Source: Candidatus Krumholzibacteriia bacterium
GTDB taxonomy: Bacteria; Krumholzibacteriota; Krumholzibacteriia; Krumholzibacteriales; Krumholzibacteriaceae
Length of the DNA: 64,000 nucleotides
Assembly (NCBI GenBank): GCA_963836185.1
Contig: CAWIIQ010000001.1
Span: 864,001 to 928,000, forward strand
Direction of reading: 5' to 3'
Shown: piece after piece, positions 1-11,200 of the stretch
Numbering within the stretch: position 1 is the first letter of the stretch
How the letters are laid out: every line of letters begins with the position of its first letter
Program-made: the position numbers and the translations under genes
The notes under the pieces: model-generated
Told to the model about the DNA's origin: nothing
The model's input: the letters and a program-made list of their open reading frames with translations, nothing else
Database searches by the model: none

Positions 1-101
1 GAGACGATCTGGACTGAGGGACGGCATAAATTGCTATTGCCGGGTCGAAAAAGTATTATTCCCGTATAAGATTGTAATGTGAACCCAAGGAGGAAAACGG
101 A

Positions 102-1277
102 GTGATAAGGGAGAAGATCGAGCAGGCGCAGAATATCATCGGTGAAGTAGATGCGGACCTCTGGCTCACCTTCGTCAGGGAGAGCGAGGCGGCTGGAGAT
201 CCCGTCCTCGATTTGATCCTCGGTGCAGGCTGTACCTGGCACTCGGCCTTTATTATACCAGCGGCAGGAAATCCTGTCGCGATAGTTGGAAGCCTCGATG
301 AAGCGAGGATCGGGGAGACCGGAGCATATGAGGTTATTGGGTACAAGGAGGGTATCGGCAGCGTTCTCATCGAGCAGCTCGACAAGTTCTCTCCGACGAA
401 GATAGCGGTCAACTTCTCTGAAAACGACGTTATGGCCGACGGGCTCAGCCACGGGATGTACCTGACCCTCGTGAAATACCTCAAGGGCACAAAGTACGCA
501 GACTCGCTGGTAAGTTCGGAGGGTATAATATCAAAGCTCAGGGGCAGGAAGACTCCCGAAGAGATAAGAAGGATCAAGGTCAATATAGATCTCACACTCG
601 ATATCTTCTCGAGGGTAACGGAGTTCATAAGGCCCCGGATGACCGAAAAAGAAGTGGCGGCATTCATTCTCGGCGAGGTCGAGAAGGAAGGGGTCGAGAC
701 ATCGTGGGAGAGCTCCCAGTGCCCCGCTGTATTCACCGGGCCGGAGTCGGCAGGCGCCCACGCTAAGCCTACCGACAGGGTGATAGAAAAGGGGCACGTG
801 CTGAATATCGACTTCGGGACCAGGATGCTCGATTACTGCTCTGACCTTCAGAGAACCTGGTACTTCCTCAGGGAGGGGGAGGAGGACGCGCCCGAAGAGG
901 TCAAGAATGCTTTCTACGTCATCAGGGATTCGATAGCCCTGGCCGCTGAGAAGATCCGTCCGGGTATGGAGGGAAGAGAGATCGACTCCTTGTCGAGGGA
1001 CTATATAACGGGGAAGGGTTACGAGGAGTATCCTCATGCACTGGGACACCAGGTCGGACGGAGCACCCATGATGGAGCGGGGCTTTTATGTCCGGAATGG
1101 GAGAGATACGGTAACCTGCCATACCTCAAGATAGAGGAAAACCAGGTATATACGCTCGAACCAAGGATAATCATGCCGAACTACGGCGTAGCGACTATCG
1201 AAGAGATAATCGTTGTCAGAAAAGACGGCGGCGAGTTTCTTTCTGACCCGCAGCAGGAGCTCATACTCGTCAAATAG
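102..1277 (+). CDS. Xaa-Pro aminopeptidase family (M24) metallopeptidase
   Basis: M24 motifs IDFG..YCSDLQRT, HALGHQVG..HD, TLEP and IEE; GTG start after AGGAGG RBS. Confidence 0.9.
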   Translation: MIREKIEQAQNIIGEVDADLWLTFVRESEAAGDPVLDLILGAGCTWHSAFIIPAAGNPVAIVGSLDEARIGETGAYEVIGYKEGIGSVLIEQLDKFSPTKIAVNFSENDVMADGLSHGMYLTLVKYLKGTKYADSLVSSEGIISKLRGRKTPEEIRRIKVNIDLTLDIFSRVTEFIRPRMTEKEVAAFILGEVEKEGVETSWESSQCPAVFTGPESAGAHAKPTDRVIEKGHVLNIDFGTRMLDYCSDLQRTWYFLREGEEDAPEEVKNAFYVIRDSIALAAEKIRPGMEGREIDSLSRDYITGKGYEEYPHALGHQVGRSTHDGAGLLCPEWERYGNLPYLKIEENQVYTLEPRIIMPNYGVATIEEIIVVRKDGGEFLSDPQQELILVK

Positions 1278-1319
1278 ATGGGCCATGGGCGCAGCGGGTA
1301 TCGTTCTTGCTGATATTGT

Positions 1320-2792
1320 GTGTTTATGAAGGATTTTAACAGAGAATACGCGCCCAGGCGGAGGGATCCAGGATTTGTCCAGAAGCATATCTCCAAGGTC
1401 TGGGCCTTCGCTGTAACCGCGGGTGTCGGACTTATAGCGGGTACGCAGATCTATAACCCGAACAAGAGGGTCATCGAGGCGATGGCGGGAGGATTCCTGA
1501 TCCTGCTGCTCTGGAAATTCTCGACCATTTCCGCACTGTGGCTGCTTCTCGTTATGTATCCCTTCCCCTTCGCTATGTCATGGGGAACCTCCAATGAGAT
1601 ATTTGTAGTGATAATCGGTATGGTCGTGTTGATCAGGGTGGCTACGGGAGTGTACAAGATCACCCTCGATCCAATGATCAGGTTGCCACTGATACTGTTT
1701 ATCGTCTCATACATACTTTCTTTCAAGAACGTTCCACCTGGTCTGACCAAGATGGCAATAGTGAACACAGTCAATTTATTCACAGCCGCGACATTCATGG
1801 TCCTGATTATCAATTTCGTGGATGACGAGGAAAAGCTGAGAAAGACACTGAATTTTCTGATGGTATCCGTAGCTCTTTTCATCGTTTTCACGATATTCGA
1901 GCTGCTATTTCCGGGAAAGGTCCTTATTCCCAACTGGCTGTATACCGCGCACAAGACGAAACTGGTAATGAAAGGTATGAGGATGGGAGGGCCCTTTCAC
2001 GACTATGAGTTGACGGCAGAGTTCTTTACGCTCAATGCTTTTATCATCTTCCTGATGTTTGTCAGGTCCAGACGGATGCTTTCCCGTGCGCTTTTTGGAG
2101 CTCTGCTGCTGATCGATCTCTTCATGATGTTCACTACGATCACAAGGGGCGCGATCTTCTCCCTTTTTGTCGGCACGGTTTACCTGATGTTCCTCTCTAG
2201 AAAAGAACTGAACATCGTTCGGATCACATATATAGTAGGTGCATTGGCTCTCATTCTCGTAGTGATGGAGGGGGTCGTCGCAAGGTACACGACATCCGGT
2301 TCACTCTTTGAAAGGGTTATCGCCACAACATTTGAAAAAGGGGTCGTCCCTGCCAACCGCGTGGGGACCTGGTTTCCCGCGATCGAGAGGGGGATGGAGA
2401 ATCCCATATTCGGACATGGAGCCGGGTGGGATTTTCAAGAGGGATTGACCAAGGGCTTCTGGCCGCACAGCCTCTACCTCTTTTTCTTCAATGTCGTCGG
2501 CCTGTTCGGACTCGGGGCATTCATCTTTTTTATAGCCAGGATAATCAAATCGACTCTTGTCGGGGTGAAGGCCTCTCTTGCTACGTCTCCACTTCCCGAG
2601 GCCCTGATGAAGATGCTCCATGTGATCATCATCATATTCCTCTTCGACCAGATAAAGATCGAGTATGTCAGAAACAGCAACTACTCGTATTACGTCTGGT
2701 TTCTTTTCGGTCTGGTAATAGCTACGTACAATATCATCATCAAGCAGAGGACCGAGCGGGAAAAGACCGTTCCTTCGCGTTTACCTGAATAG
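1320..2792 (+). CDS. O-antigen ligase/Wzy-like polytopic membrane protein
   Basis: Many TM segments; TITRGA, R.GTW..AI...ENPIFGHGAG and PHSLYL motifs; start may be ATG 1326. Confidence 0.8.
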   Translation: MFMKDFNREYAPRRRDPGFVQKHISKVWAFAVTAGVGLIAGTQIYNPNKRVIEAMAGGFLILLLWKFSTISALWLLLVMYPFPFAMSWGTSNEIFVVIIGMVVLIRVATGVYKITLDPMIRLPLILFIVSYILSFKNVPPGLTKMAIVNTVNLFTAATFMVLIINFVDDEEKLRKTLNFLMVSVALFIVFTIFELLFPGKVLIPNWLYTAHKTKLVMKGMRMGGPFHDYELTAEFFTLNAFIIFLMFVRSRRMLSRALFGALLLIDLFMMFTTITRGAIFSLFVGTVYLMFLSRKELNIVRITYIVGALALILVVMEGVVARYTTSGSLFERVIATTFEKGVVPANRVGTWFPAIERGMENPIFGHGAGWDFQEGLTKGFWPHSLYLFFFNVVGLFGLGAFIFFIARIIKSTLVGVKASLATSPLPEALMKMLHVIIIIFLFDQIKIEYVRNSNYSYYVWFLFGLVIATYNIIIKQRTEREKTVPSRLPE

Positions 2793-2809
2793 CTGATTAG
2801 ACCGGATAT

Positions 2810-4108
2810 TTACTTATAGGGAATATTGATGTAGCCGATATGATTTTGAACAACAATCGCCGTGTTGAACCCCACACTTTTTATTTGCAAATCGTGAAGA
2901 AGGGAATCTGCTCGAACTCCACTTAGCGCTTCTGGCTGAAAAAGTTCCGGCCCACGTCCTGAAACGGGATGAATAAGAACACCACGAATACGTTTCTGGT
3001 CGATGACGATTTCAGCTAGATAGTTATCAGACCAATGGTTGGTGCTGAACCCGAAAATAAGATTACCAAGCGAATATAGAACAGGTCTTCCCTTGTAGAT
3101 CTCAATGCCATGAGGAATGTGAGGGTGATGTCCGATTATGGCATCAGCACCAGCATCAATCAATAAATGAGCAATCTCTATCTGTCTGGGGTGGATATTT
3201 GGTTGATCCTCAAATCCCCAGTGTAAAGAAACGAAAACAAAATCCGACTTTTCTTTGGCCACTTTTATATCTTCTACGATCAGTTGAGGATCCAAGGGAA
3301 GAATTCCCGGATACTCGGCTGCCACTGAAATAAATTTTTTATTACAAAAATTTGTATAGCCCAAAAACCCGATTTTCAAGCCCTTGATTTCAATGTGCTC
3401 GCCCGATCTAGCGTCCTTGAAATTCTTTCCGCCCCCTGTATACGGGATGCCGACAGCTTCGAGATGATTCAGTGTGTCTGAAAATCCAATATCTCCAGCA
3501 TCAAAGACATGATTATTGGCCAAAGTTACAATTGAAATCCCCGCATCCTTTAAAGCCTGGGCATAACGAGGGTCGCAGATGAAATGTCCCTGAACTCGAG
3601 AATGGTTGCTGAGTGGAGTTTCCAGATTTATCAGTACCAGGTCTTTTTCCTTAAACAAGGGGGCAATCTTTTCGAAAGGGTAAGCGAATTTCGTTGAGTC
3701 AGAAGAATAATCAATGTTGAAAGGGATAAGTGGGTGATTCGCGCCTAGTAACCTTTGTCTTTTGCTTTCAGGCCTTCTTACGCTTAGATCTGTATAAGAG
3801 TTATAAGACCTGGATGATAAATATTTGGGCGAAAAAAAATACTTACACAAGGTCTTTAACATTTTTCGTTTAATGCCCTGGAGCAACAGATTAGCTCTGG
3901 CAGTTGAACGATATACACCACCAATCGGGACGCGGAGCTCATGGTCAAAGGTGACATCACCCCCGACGAGGATTCTGAGAGCGGAGCCTGAAGTGGAGAA
4001 TATCTGTCCTTTTGGTTCTATGCGCTTCCAGGCCAATCTTTGAATAGTCTTGAACCTGGAGTATGTACCCCATTTCAGGAAGCGAGTTGAAAACTTCTCT
4101 GATTTCAT
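2810..4108 (-). CDS. CapA-family (PGA_cap) metallophosphoesterase
   Basis: GGDV, NLETPL, LANNHVFDAG, SLHWG, IIGHHPH and YSLGN motifs; visibly AT-richer than the flanks. Confidence 0.9.
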   Translation of the reverse strand: MKSEKFSTRFLKWGTYSRFKTIQRLAWKRIEPKGQIFSTSGSALRILVGGDVTFDHELRVPIGGVYRSTARANLLLQGIKRKMLKTLCKYFFSPKYLSSRSYNSYTDLSVRRPESKRQRLLGANHPLIPFNIDYSSDSTKFAYPFEKIAPLFKEKDLVLINLETPLSNHSRVQGHFICDPRYAQALKDAGISIVTLANNHVFDAGDIGFSDTLNHLEAVGIPYTGGGKNFKDARSGEHIEIKGLKIGFLGYTNFCNKKFISVAAEYPGILPLDPQLIVEDIKVAKEKSDFVFVSLHWGFEDQPNIHPRQIEIAHLLIDAGADAIIGHHPHIPHGIEIYKGRPVLYSLGNLIFGFSTNHWSDNYLAEIVIDQKRIRGVLIHPVSGRGPELFQPEALSGVRADSLLHDLQIKSVGFNTAIVVQNHIGYINIPYK

Positions 4109-4349
4109 TGGTTTCTCTTGAGGATCATGCTGGAGCAGGTCACACCAAGCCCCAGAAAATGAATAAAGAATGCATCTATCGCGTCAGGTGCCGTATTAAC
4201 GGAAATCAACCCACCATTTAGAAGATATCCATTGATCTTGACTGAGATAATTTACTGTAAATTCATCATATTGTCAATCATGCAGAAGTTCTTTGCCGAA
4301 GTCTTCACCGGCATGAGCCGATGTGTTGCGAGAGACTTTGCACTGAATT

Positions 4350-4415
4350 TGCCTATTCCGGTGATTTCAGCCACCCGTTCCGATCTGAAGCCGGACACTT
4401 CTGATCGGAGCGTGA
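4350..4415 (+). mobile_element. IS21-family terminal repeat remnant (no istA/istB)
   Basis: TGCCTATTCCGGTGATTTCAGCCACCCGTTCCGATCTGAAGCCGGACAC: TG terminus plus tandem TTCCG..CAC sub-repeats, as recalled for IS21/IS408 ends. Confidence 0.55.
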
Positions 4416-4682
4416 CGATCATGTCCACTGGAGCGAGGATATACGGGGTTGGAGAATCATATTACTACCTTCATCCTTATCCCGCTGGGCATGGTGCTCG
4501 GGATTGCTTATAACCTGCTCATCGGGCTGGTTCTTCTGCAGTATACGACGGAGGAGGTCAGCTACGTCTGATAGCCGGGACGCATATTGTCGTTAACATG
4601 ATTATTTATATATAGATAGAGCGCTCTTGCTATGCCGGCAGGAGCGCTTTTTCTGTCCGCTTTTCAGATATACCGAATTTAT

Positions 4683-4711
4683 TTGACAAGAGCGGCCGAG
4701 GCGTATATTGT
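4683..4711 (+). promoter_or_regulatory. Sigma70-type promoter for the redox locus
   Basis: TTGACA-17 nt-TATTGT upstream of the regulator gene. Confidence 0.5.
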
Positions 4712-4800
4712 TCAACGGGATGTGGGGTTGCGGGGCCCGGGAAAAGCGCGGTATTTTCACCGCATTTAATGAAAAATCTTCGATTTTGGAGGAGGGACTC

Positions 4801-5790
4801 GTGAAGGGACGCGTACTTATCATCGACGACGAGGCTGAAATCCGGCGTAATCTCACTGTCGGACTTACCCAGGAAGGCTATAGCGCTGTTGCGTGCCCGG
4901 ACGGGATCTCCGCCATACATGAGCTCAATGCCGCCAAGGATGAGGGCATAGAATACGATTACCTGGTCACCGATATCTTCATGCCCGACATCGACGGCCT
5001 GAAGATCCTCAAGGTGATCAAGATCCAGCATCCCGATCTTCCCGTACTGGTCATAACCGGATTCGGCGACGAGCATCTCAAGCTCACCGCTCTTTCCGAG
5101 CACAACACCGGCTACCTCGACAAGCCTTTCGAGATCCCCGACCTGGTCAAGTCGCTCGAGGAGCTCGCACCCGGTACGACCGGAGAGGTCGCCTCCGCTG
5201 ATGATTCCGGCGATGTAAGCATCAGGGAATCGGTAAGTGCCTATATCACGATCAGGATCACCGACATGGACAGGTCGATGGAGATATATAACGAGCTGTA
5301 CCAGATGCCCGGAGTTCAGAGGTGCGAGGCAGTACGCGGCGACTTCGACATCATCGTCCTGGCGCAGGCCGGATCGCAGGCCGAGATCAAGGAGATCTTC
5401 GAGAAGATAGCGGCGATGGACGGGGTCGAGATCGCTTCCGAGTCTGAGATCGAGCGTCCGAAACTCGACCGCGACGTCGACGAGTTCATCAAGATCTACT
5501 CGAGCGCCGTAAAGGCCCAGGGGCAGACAACGGCGGCGAAACGTCCTGGGACGACGAGCTATATCATAGTCGATATCGACAAGAACGCGATGCAGCAGAT
5601 CTTCACCACCGTCTTCTTCATCGACGAGGTGATCTTCTGCGATGTCATCGAGGACGGGACGAAGCTAGTCGGTATGGTCACCGGCCAGGGCGCCGTAGGC
5701 CGTACACCGAGGATCATCGAGAAGCTCAACGAGATCGACGGGGTGCTCAGGGTCCGCGAAGCTACCGTCATAAAGCTGGTCGAGGAGTGA
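4801..5790 (+). CDS. Response regulator: receiver domain plus two Lrp/AsnC ligand-binding-like domains
   Basis: VLIIDDE..VTDIFMP..KPF receiver; CEAVRGDFDIIV AsnC-type motif; GTG at 4801 after a GGAGGG RBS. Confidence 0.8.
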   Translation: MKGRVLIIDDEAEIRRNLTVGLTQEGYSAVACPDGISAIHELNAAKDEGIEYDYLVTDIFMPDIDGLKILKVIKIQHPDLPVLVITGFGDEHLKLTALSEHNTGYLDKPFEIPDLVKSLEELAPGTTGEVASADDSGDVSIRESVSAYITIRITDMDRSMEIYNELYQMPGVQRCEAVRGDFDIIVLAQAGSQAEIKEIFEKIAAMDGVEIASESEIERPKLDRDVDEFIKIYSSAVKAQGQTTAAKRPGTTSYIIVDIDKNAMQQIFTTVFFIDEVIFCDVIEDGTKLVGMVTGQGAVGRTPRIIEKLNEIDGVLRVREATVIKLVEE

Positions 5791-5945
5791 TCCCGCTTAA
5801 CGCGGAGTAATCGACCCGGTCAGAGTCAATATAGATCATTAATCGGAGGCTGTCTCCTTCCTGTAAGGGGCAGCCGTCGCCTTCACTGTCCCAGTCCGCC
5901 GGCGCGGAGTGCGCCGGGAGAAGGGAGAGAGGTGATCACGACCGC

Positions 5946-6464
5946 ATGGAAGACAACTTCAGTTATCGTCTCTGGCGGTACGACGGCGCGCCGGGAGAAT
6001 TGATTCCGCTTCTCCAATCGGCACAGGATCATTTCGGATACATTCCGCGCAGAGCGATCAGCTACATCTCAGGCGTGACAGGTATTCCCGAATCAGAAAT
6101 CTACGGAGTAATCACTTTCTACAGCCAGTTCCGGCTGCAGCCCATGGGCAAGTATGTCATCAGGGCCTGCGCGGGGACTGCGTGTCATGTCTCGGGAGCG
6201 AAGACGATCATCGAGACGATTGAGGACGAGCTCGGTATCGAGGTCGGCGACACGTCGGAGGATGGACTCTTCACCTTCCAGACCGTAGCCTGCATCGGAT
6301 GCTGTTCGCTGGCACCCGTGATCATGATCAACGATGATACGCACGGCAGGCTTACGCCTGCATCACTGCGAAAACTTCTGAGAAAGACCAAGAGAGATGA
6401 GCAGAGGGCGGCCACAGTCGAGGCCGAGATCGGTTGCGTCGACACGGCCCAGGGGGATGCGTAA
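5946..6464 (+). CDS. NuoE/HydC-like [2Fe-2S] subunit (BfuC)
   Basis: LIPLLQ..Q, TFYSQF, CAGTACHV and CIGCC..AP motifs. Confidence 0.92.
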   Translation: MEDNFSYRLWRYDGAPGELIPLLQSAQDHFGYIPRRAISYISGVTGIPESEIYGVITFYSQFRLQPMGKYVIRACAGTACHVSGAKTIIETIEDELGIEVGDTSEDGLFTFQTVACIGCCSLAPVIMINDDTHGRLTPASLRKLLRKTKRDEQRAATVEAEIGCVDTAQGDA

Positions 6465-8243
6465 TGACGAAAGTAATCGTGGGAATGGGCACATGCGGCC
6501 TCTCTGCCGGCGCCAGGCAGGTGTACGAGAAGCTCGAGGCCATTCTCGAGGAGAACCCGGGAACCTTCGAGCTTTCGGGCACAGGCTGCATCGGGATGTG
6601 CTATCGGGAGCCGCTCGTCGAGATCCGTTCAGGCGGAGAGAGGACTATATACGGCGACGTCACCGAAAAACTCGTCGAGGAGATATTCGAGGGCCACATC
6701 AAGGGCGGCAAGGTGCTTGACCGATCATGTCGCGCTCGGCGTCGAGGACGGGAAGATCGGCTCGGGGGGCGAGATCGAGTTCCAGGGCCAGCAGGAGAAG
6801 ATCGTGCTGCGCAACTGCGGAACGATAGATCCCGAATCGATCGACGAGTACGAAAAGGCCGGCGGTTACGCGGGGCTGAAGAAGGCGCTGCTCGAGATGA
6901 CTCCCGGCGGGATCATCGACGAGATCAAGGAATCGGGCCTGAGGGGCCGCGGAGGCGCGGGTTTCCCGACGGGGCTGAAGTGGTCGTTCGCGGCCGGCTA
7001 CGAGGCCGACCGGAAATACGTCGTCTGCAACGCCGATGAAGGCGATCCGGGCGCGTTCATGGACCGCTCGGTGCTCGAGGGCGATCCGCACGCCATCCTC
7101 GAGGGCATGGTCATCTGCGGCAGGGCGATCGGCGCCTCATTCGGCTACATCTACTGCCGTGCCGAGTATCCCCTGGCGATCCACCGTCTCACGATCGCGA
7201 TCGACGAGGCGAAGGAGAAGGGTTATCTCGGCGAAGACATTCTCGGCTCCGGCTTCGACATTCGATATCAAGATAAAGCAGGGCGCCGGCGCGTTCGTCT
7301 GCGGCGAGGAGACAGCGCTCTTCGCGTCGATCGAGGGACAGCGCGGGATGCCGCGGATCAGGCCTCCCTTCCCGGCCGAGAAGGGGCTGTGGGGCAAGCC
7401 GACGAACAACAATAACGTTGAGACCTACGCCAACGTTCCCTGGATCATCGTAAACGGCGCCGGCGCCTACGCGGCGTTCGGCAGCGAGAAGAGCAAGGGT
7501 ACGAAGGTATTCGCACTGGCCGGCAAGGTCGGCCCGGGCGGACTGGCCGAGGTGCCGATGGGAACCTCGATCAACGATCTCGTCTTCAAGATCGGCGGCG
7601 GGATCAAGGATGGCCGCAAGTTCAAGGCCGTTCAGATGGGCGGCCCTTCGGGCGGATGCATTCCCGCCGACCTGGGCGATACCCCGGTCGACTTCGAGTC
7701 GATTCCCACGACCGGCGCGATCATGGGCTCGGGCGGAATGGTCGTTCTCGACGATACGACATGCATGGTCGAGATGGCGCGGTTCTTCCTCGAGTTTACG
7801 CAGAACGAGTCGTGCGGCAAGTGCACCTTCTGCCGTGTCGGGACGCTGCGGATGCTCGAGATCCTCACCCGCATCACCAAGGGCGAGGGAGAGCCGGAAG
7901 ATATCGAGAATCTCATCGAGCTGGGCGAGAGATCAAGGAGGCGAGTCTCTGCGGGCTCGGCCAGACGGCGCCCAACCCCGTCCTTACCACGATCCGGTAC
8001 TACCGTGATGAGTACGAGGCCCACATAAACGACAAACGTTGCCCGGCAGCCTCATGCGAGGCGCTGGTCGATTTTAATATCGATCCGGAGAAGTGCACCG
8101 GCTGTACGCTCTGCGCGAAGAACTGCCCGGTCGACGCCATCTCCGGCGAAGTCAAAAAAGTACATGTGATCGACAACTCAATCTGCGTCAGGTGCGGCAA
8201 ATGCATCACGAGCTGCAGCTTTGACGCGGTCTACAAGAGTTGA
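6464..8243 (+). CDS. NuoF/HydB-like FMN/NADH subunit (BfuB), interrupted by three single-base frameshifts (~6717, ~7260, ~7930)
   Basis: Joined ORFs give N-terminal [52 protein letters not shown] and a C-terminal 2x[4Fe-4S] domain. Confidence 0.88.
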
Positions 8244-8254
8244 GGAGCGAGTAC

Positions 8255-11200
8255 ATGGACAAGATCAAACTGACGATCAATGGAAAGCAGATTGAAGCAA
8301 CGGAGGGGCAGACGATCCTCGAGGTCGTGAGGGAACAGGATCTCGACAAGATTCCGACCCTGTGCCACTCTCCCGAACTTCCGCCGTACGGATCGTGCTT
8401 CGTCTGCGTAGTCGAGGTAAAGGGAAGATGGAACCTCGTTCCCTCGTGCGCGACCAGGGTCACCGAGGGGATGGAAGTCGCGACCCGTAACGAGAGGATC
8501 GAGAAGTCCCGAAAGACCGCTCTCGAGCTTCTCTTGTCGAACCACTACGCCGACTGCGTATCGCCCTGCATGGAAGGGTGCCCCGCGGGGGTCGATGCCC
8601 AGGGATACATCGCCCTCTCGGCGATGGGACAGTACCGCAAGGCGATCGACCTGATCCGTGAGACGAATCCTCTTCCCGCCATCTGCGGCAGGGTCTGCGT
8701 CCGCAAGTGCGAGATGGTCTGCCGGCGCGAGGATGTCGACGAACCTGTCGGCATCAACGCGATCAAGAGATTCCTCAGCGATGTGCCGGACGCCTACGAC
8801 GGAGATGTCGAGTGTGCGCCTTCGACTGGCAAGACTGTCGGACTGATCGGCGCGGGGCCCGCAGGCCTTACGGCGGCCTGGTTCCTCGGCAGGGCGGGCC
8901 ATAAGCCCGTCATGTACGAGGCGATGGAACGCTCCGGCGGGATGCTGAGGTACGGGATACCGACCTACAGGCTCCCCGATGATGTGATCGACCAGGAAGT
9001 CGACCACATCTGCAAGACCGGAGCGGAGATACAGTACAACGTACGTGTCGGCAAGGATATCACGCTCGACGAGCTGCGGAAGAAGCACGACGCCGTATTC
9101 CTCGGCGCGGGCGCCTGGACGGGCAAGCCGATGAGGGTCGAGGGTGAGTTCGATACGGAGGGCGTGCTGACCGGGGCCGATTTCCTTCCCGTGATGAACG
9201 TGACGCCCGAGCCGCTGACCGGCACGGTCGTCGTGGTCGGCGGAGGGAACACGGCGATGGATGTCGCAAGGACCGCGTGGAGACTCGGCGCCGACAAGGT
9301 CATCGTCCTGTACCGCCGGACGAAGGACGAGATGCCCGCCGACAAGATGGAGATAGAGGAGTGCCTCGAAGAGGGCATAGAGATAATGGAGCTTGCCGCT
9401 CCCGTCGGTATCGTGGCGGAGAACGGGAAGCTCAAGGCGATCACGCTGCCAGCGGATGAAGCTCGGCGAGCCTGACGATTCGGGCCGGCGCCGTCCCGTT
9501 CCGCTGGAAGGATCGGAGTACGATCTGCCCTGCCAGATGGCGATCTCGGCGATCGGCCAGGACACCGTTCTCGACGGGCTTACCGGAGTGGACGGAGATG
9601 AGGTCGAGCTCACGCGCTGGAAGACATATGTGGTCGACCTGGCGACGATGAAGACAAACATACCGGGCGTCTTCGCCGGCGGCGACGCCGCCGACGACGG
9701 CCCGACAGTAGTGATAGACGCTATCCGGGACGGCCAGAGGGCGGGCAAGGCGATAGACCGCTTCCTCAGGGGCGAAGAGAAGCCCGATGAGCCGTTTGTC
9801 GTGCGCAAGGAATTCTGGGCGAAGCCGGGAAAGACCGAGCTCGGCGAGATCAAGGAGAGCCCGAGACACGAAGTGCACTTTATCGATGTCGAGGAGCGGC
9901 GCGGCAGCTTCGAGGAAGTGGCGACCGGTTTCGAGTTCGAGGACAATATCCACGAATGCGACCGCTGCCTATCGTGCGGATGCGTGCGGTTCTACGACTG
10001 CGACCTCAGGCTGCAGGCCGAGGAATACGGCGTCGACATGGAAAAATACAAGGGGTACGCCCGTAAGCACAAGGTCGACGAGCGCCATCCCTACATAATC
10101 TACGATCCGAACAAGTGCATCCTCTGTGCGAGATGCGTGAGGACATGCGAACGTGTCCTGCCGATCTCGGCTCTCGGACTTGTCGGACGGGGGTTCAGGA
10201 CCGAGATGCGTCCCGCGATGAACGATCCGCTCGTAGAGACGAGTTGCGTGAGCTGCGGGAACTGCGTCGATGCATGTCCGACCGGCGCGCTGACGGTCAA
10301 GTACCCGTTCCCCGGAAGGGCCGCTCTCTACGACGAGGTCGTCGAGACCAGTTGCGCCTTCTGCTCGCTCGCGTGTGCTATGAACGTGAGGAAGTTCGGA
10401 GAGGACAGGTACTTCACTACGACTCCGGACGGAAAAGGGGAGTACCTCTGCCGCTACGGACGGTTCGGCCAGGAGCTCTTTATCAGGCACAAGCGGATAG
10501 CCACTCCCATGATACGCAGTGGAAACAAACGTTCAGCGACCGACATGTGCGGCGCGCAGCAGGAGGCAGTCTCGGGACTCCTCTCGATAGCGGGCAAGTA
10601 CGGCGCTGACAAGGTCGGCGTATTCGTATCCCCCGAGCTTACGAACGAAGAGATGTTCCTCGCCGCGAGGATAGCGCGCGAAGCACTGGGAACGAACAAC
10701 ATCGCTTCTCTCTCGATGCTCGGCACGGGGAGCGAGGCTTCCGTACTCGACGGAATCCTCGGATTTACCGCATCGACGGACGACAGGTCCTGTCTCGCCT
10801 ATGCCGACCTGATCATATGCAACAATACATCTCTCGAGTCGGATCACCTGATCCTTGCGGTCGACGTGATCGAGGCGGTCAAGAACGGGGCGAAGTTCAT
10901 CGTCTCGAACTCGACGCTCGATATGACCGACCAGCACCTCGCCAGCATGGCGATGGATCCGATGAGGGGTCAGGCCGCTATCCTGTGGAGCGGGATATCG
11001 AAGGCCCTGGTCGACAGCGGTGCCGTCAAGGCGGACAAGGAATTCTCCGCTTCGATCGCTGCGACCGCCGGAGCGGCCGCAGCGGTGAGCGGTGTGGAAG
11101 ATGAGAAGATAAAGGAAGCGGCAGAGATGATCGCCGCCGCGAAGAAGATAGTGATAATCCACAGCCCCGATCGCAGGCAGGACCAGTCGGCGGGAGATAT

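Noticed and set aside
4232-4513. 93-aa ORF as a real gene
   Set aside because: Runs through the IS21-like end sequence, has a TTG start with no clear RBS, and shows no motif
6464-9475. Programmed ribosomal frameshifting or genuinely split NuoF-like and large-subunit genes
   Set aside because: No slippery sequences, mixed +1/-1 directions and breaks inside conserved domains; single-base indels explain everything
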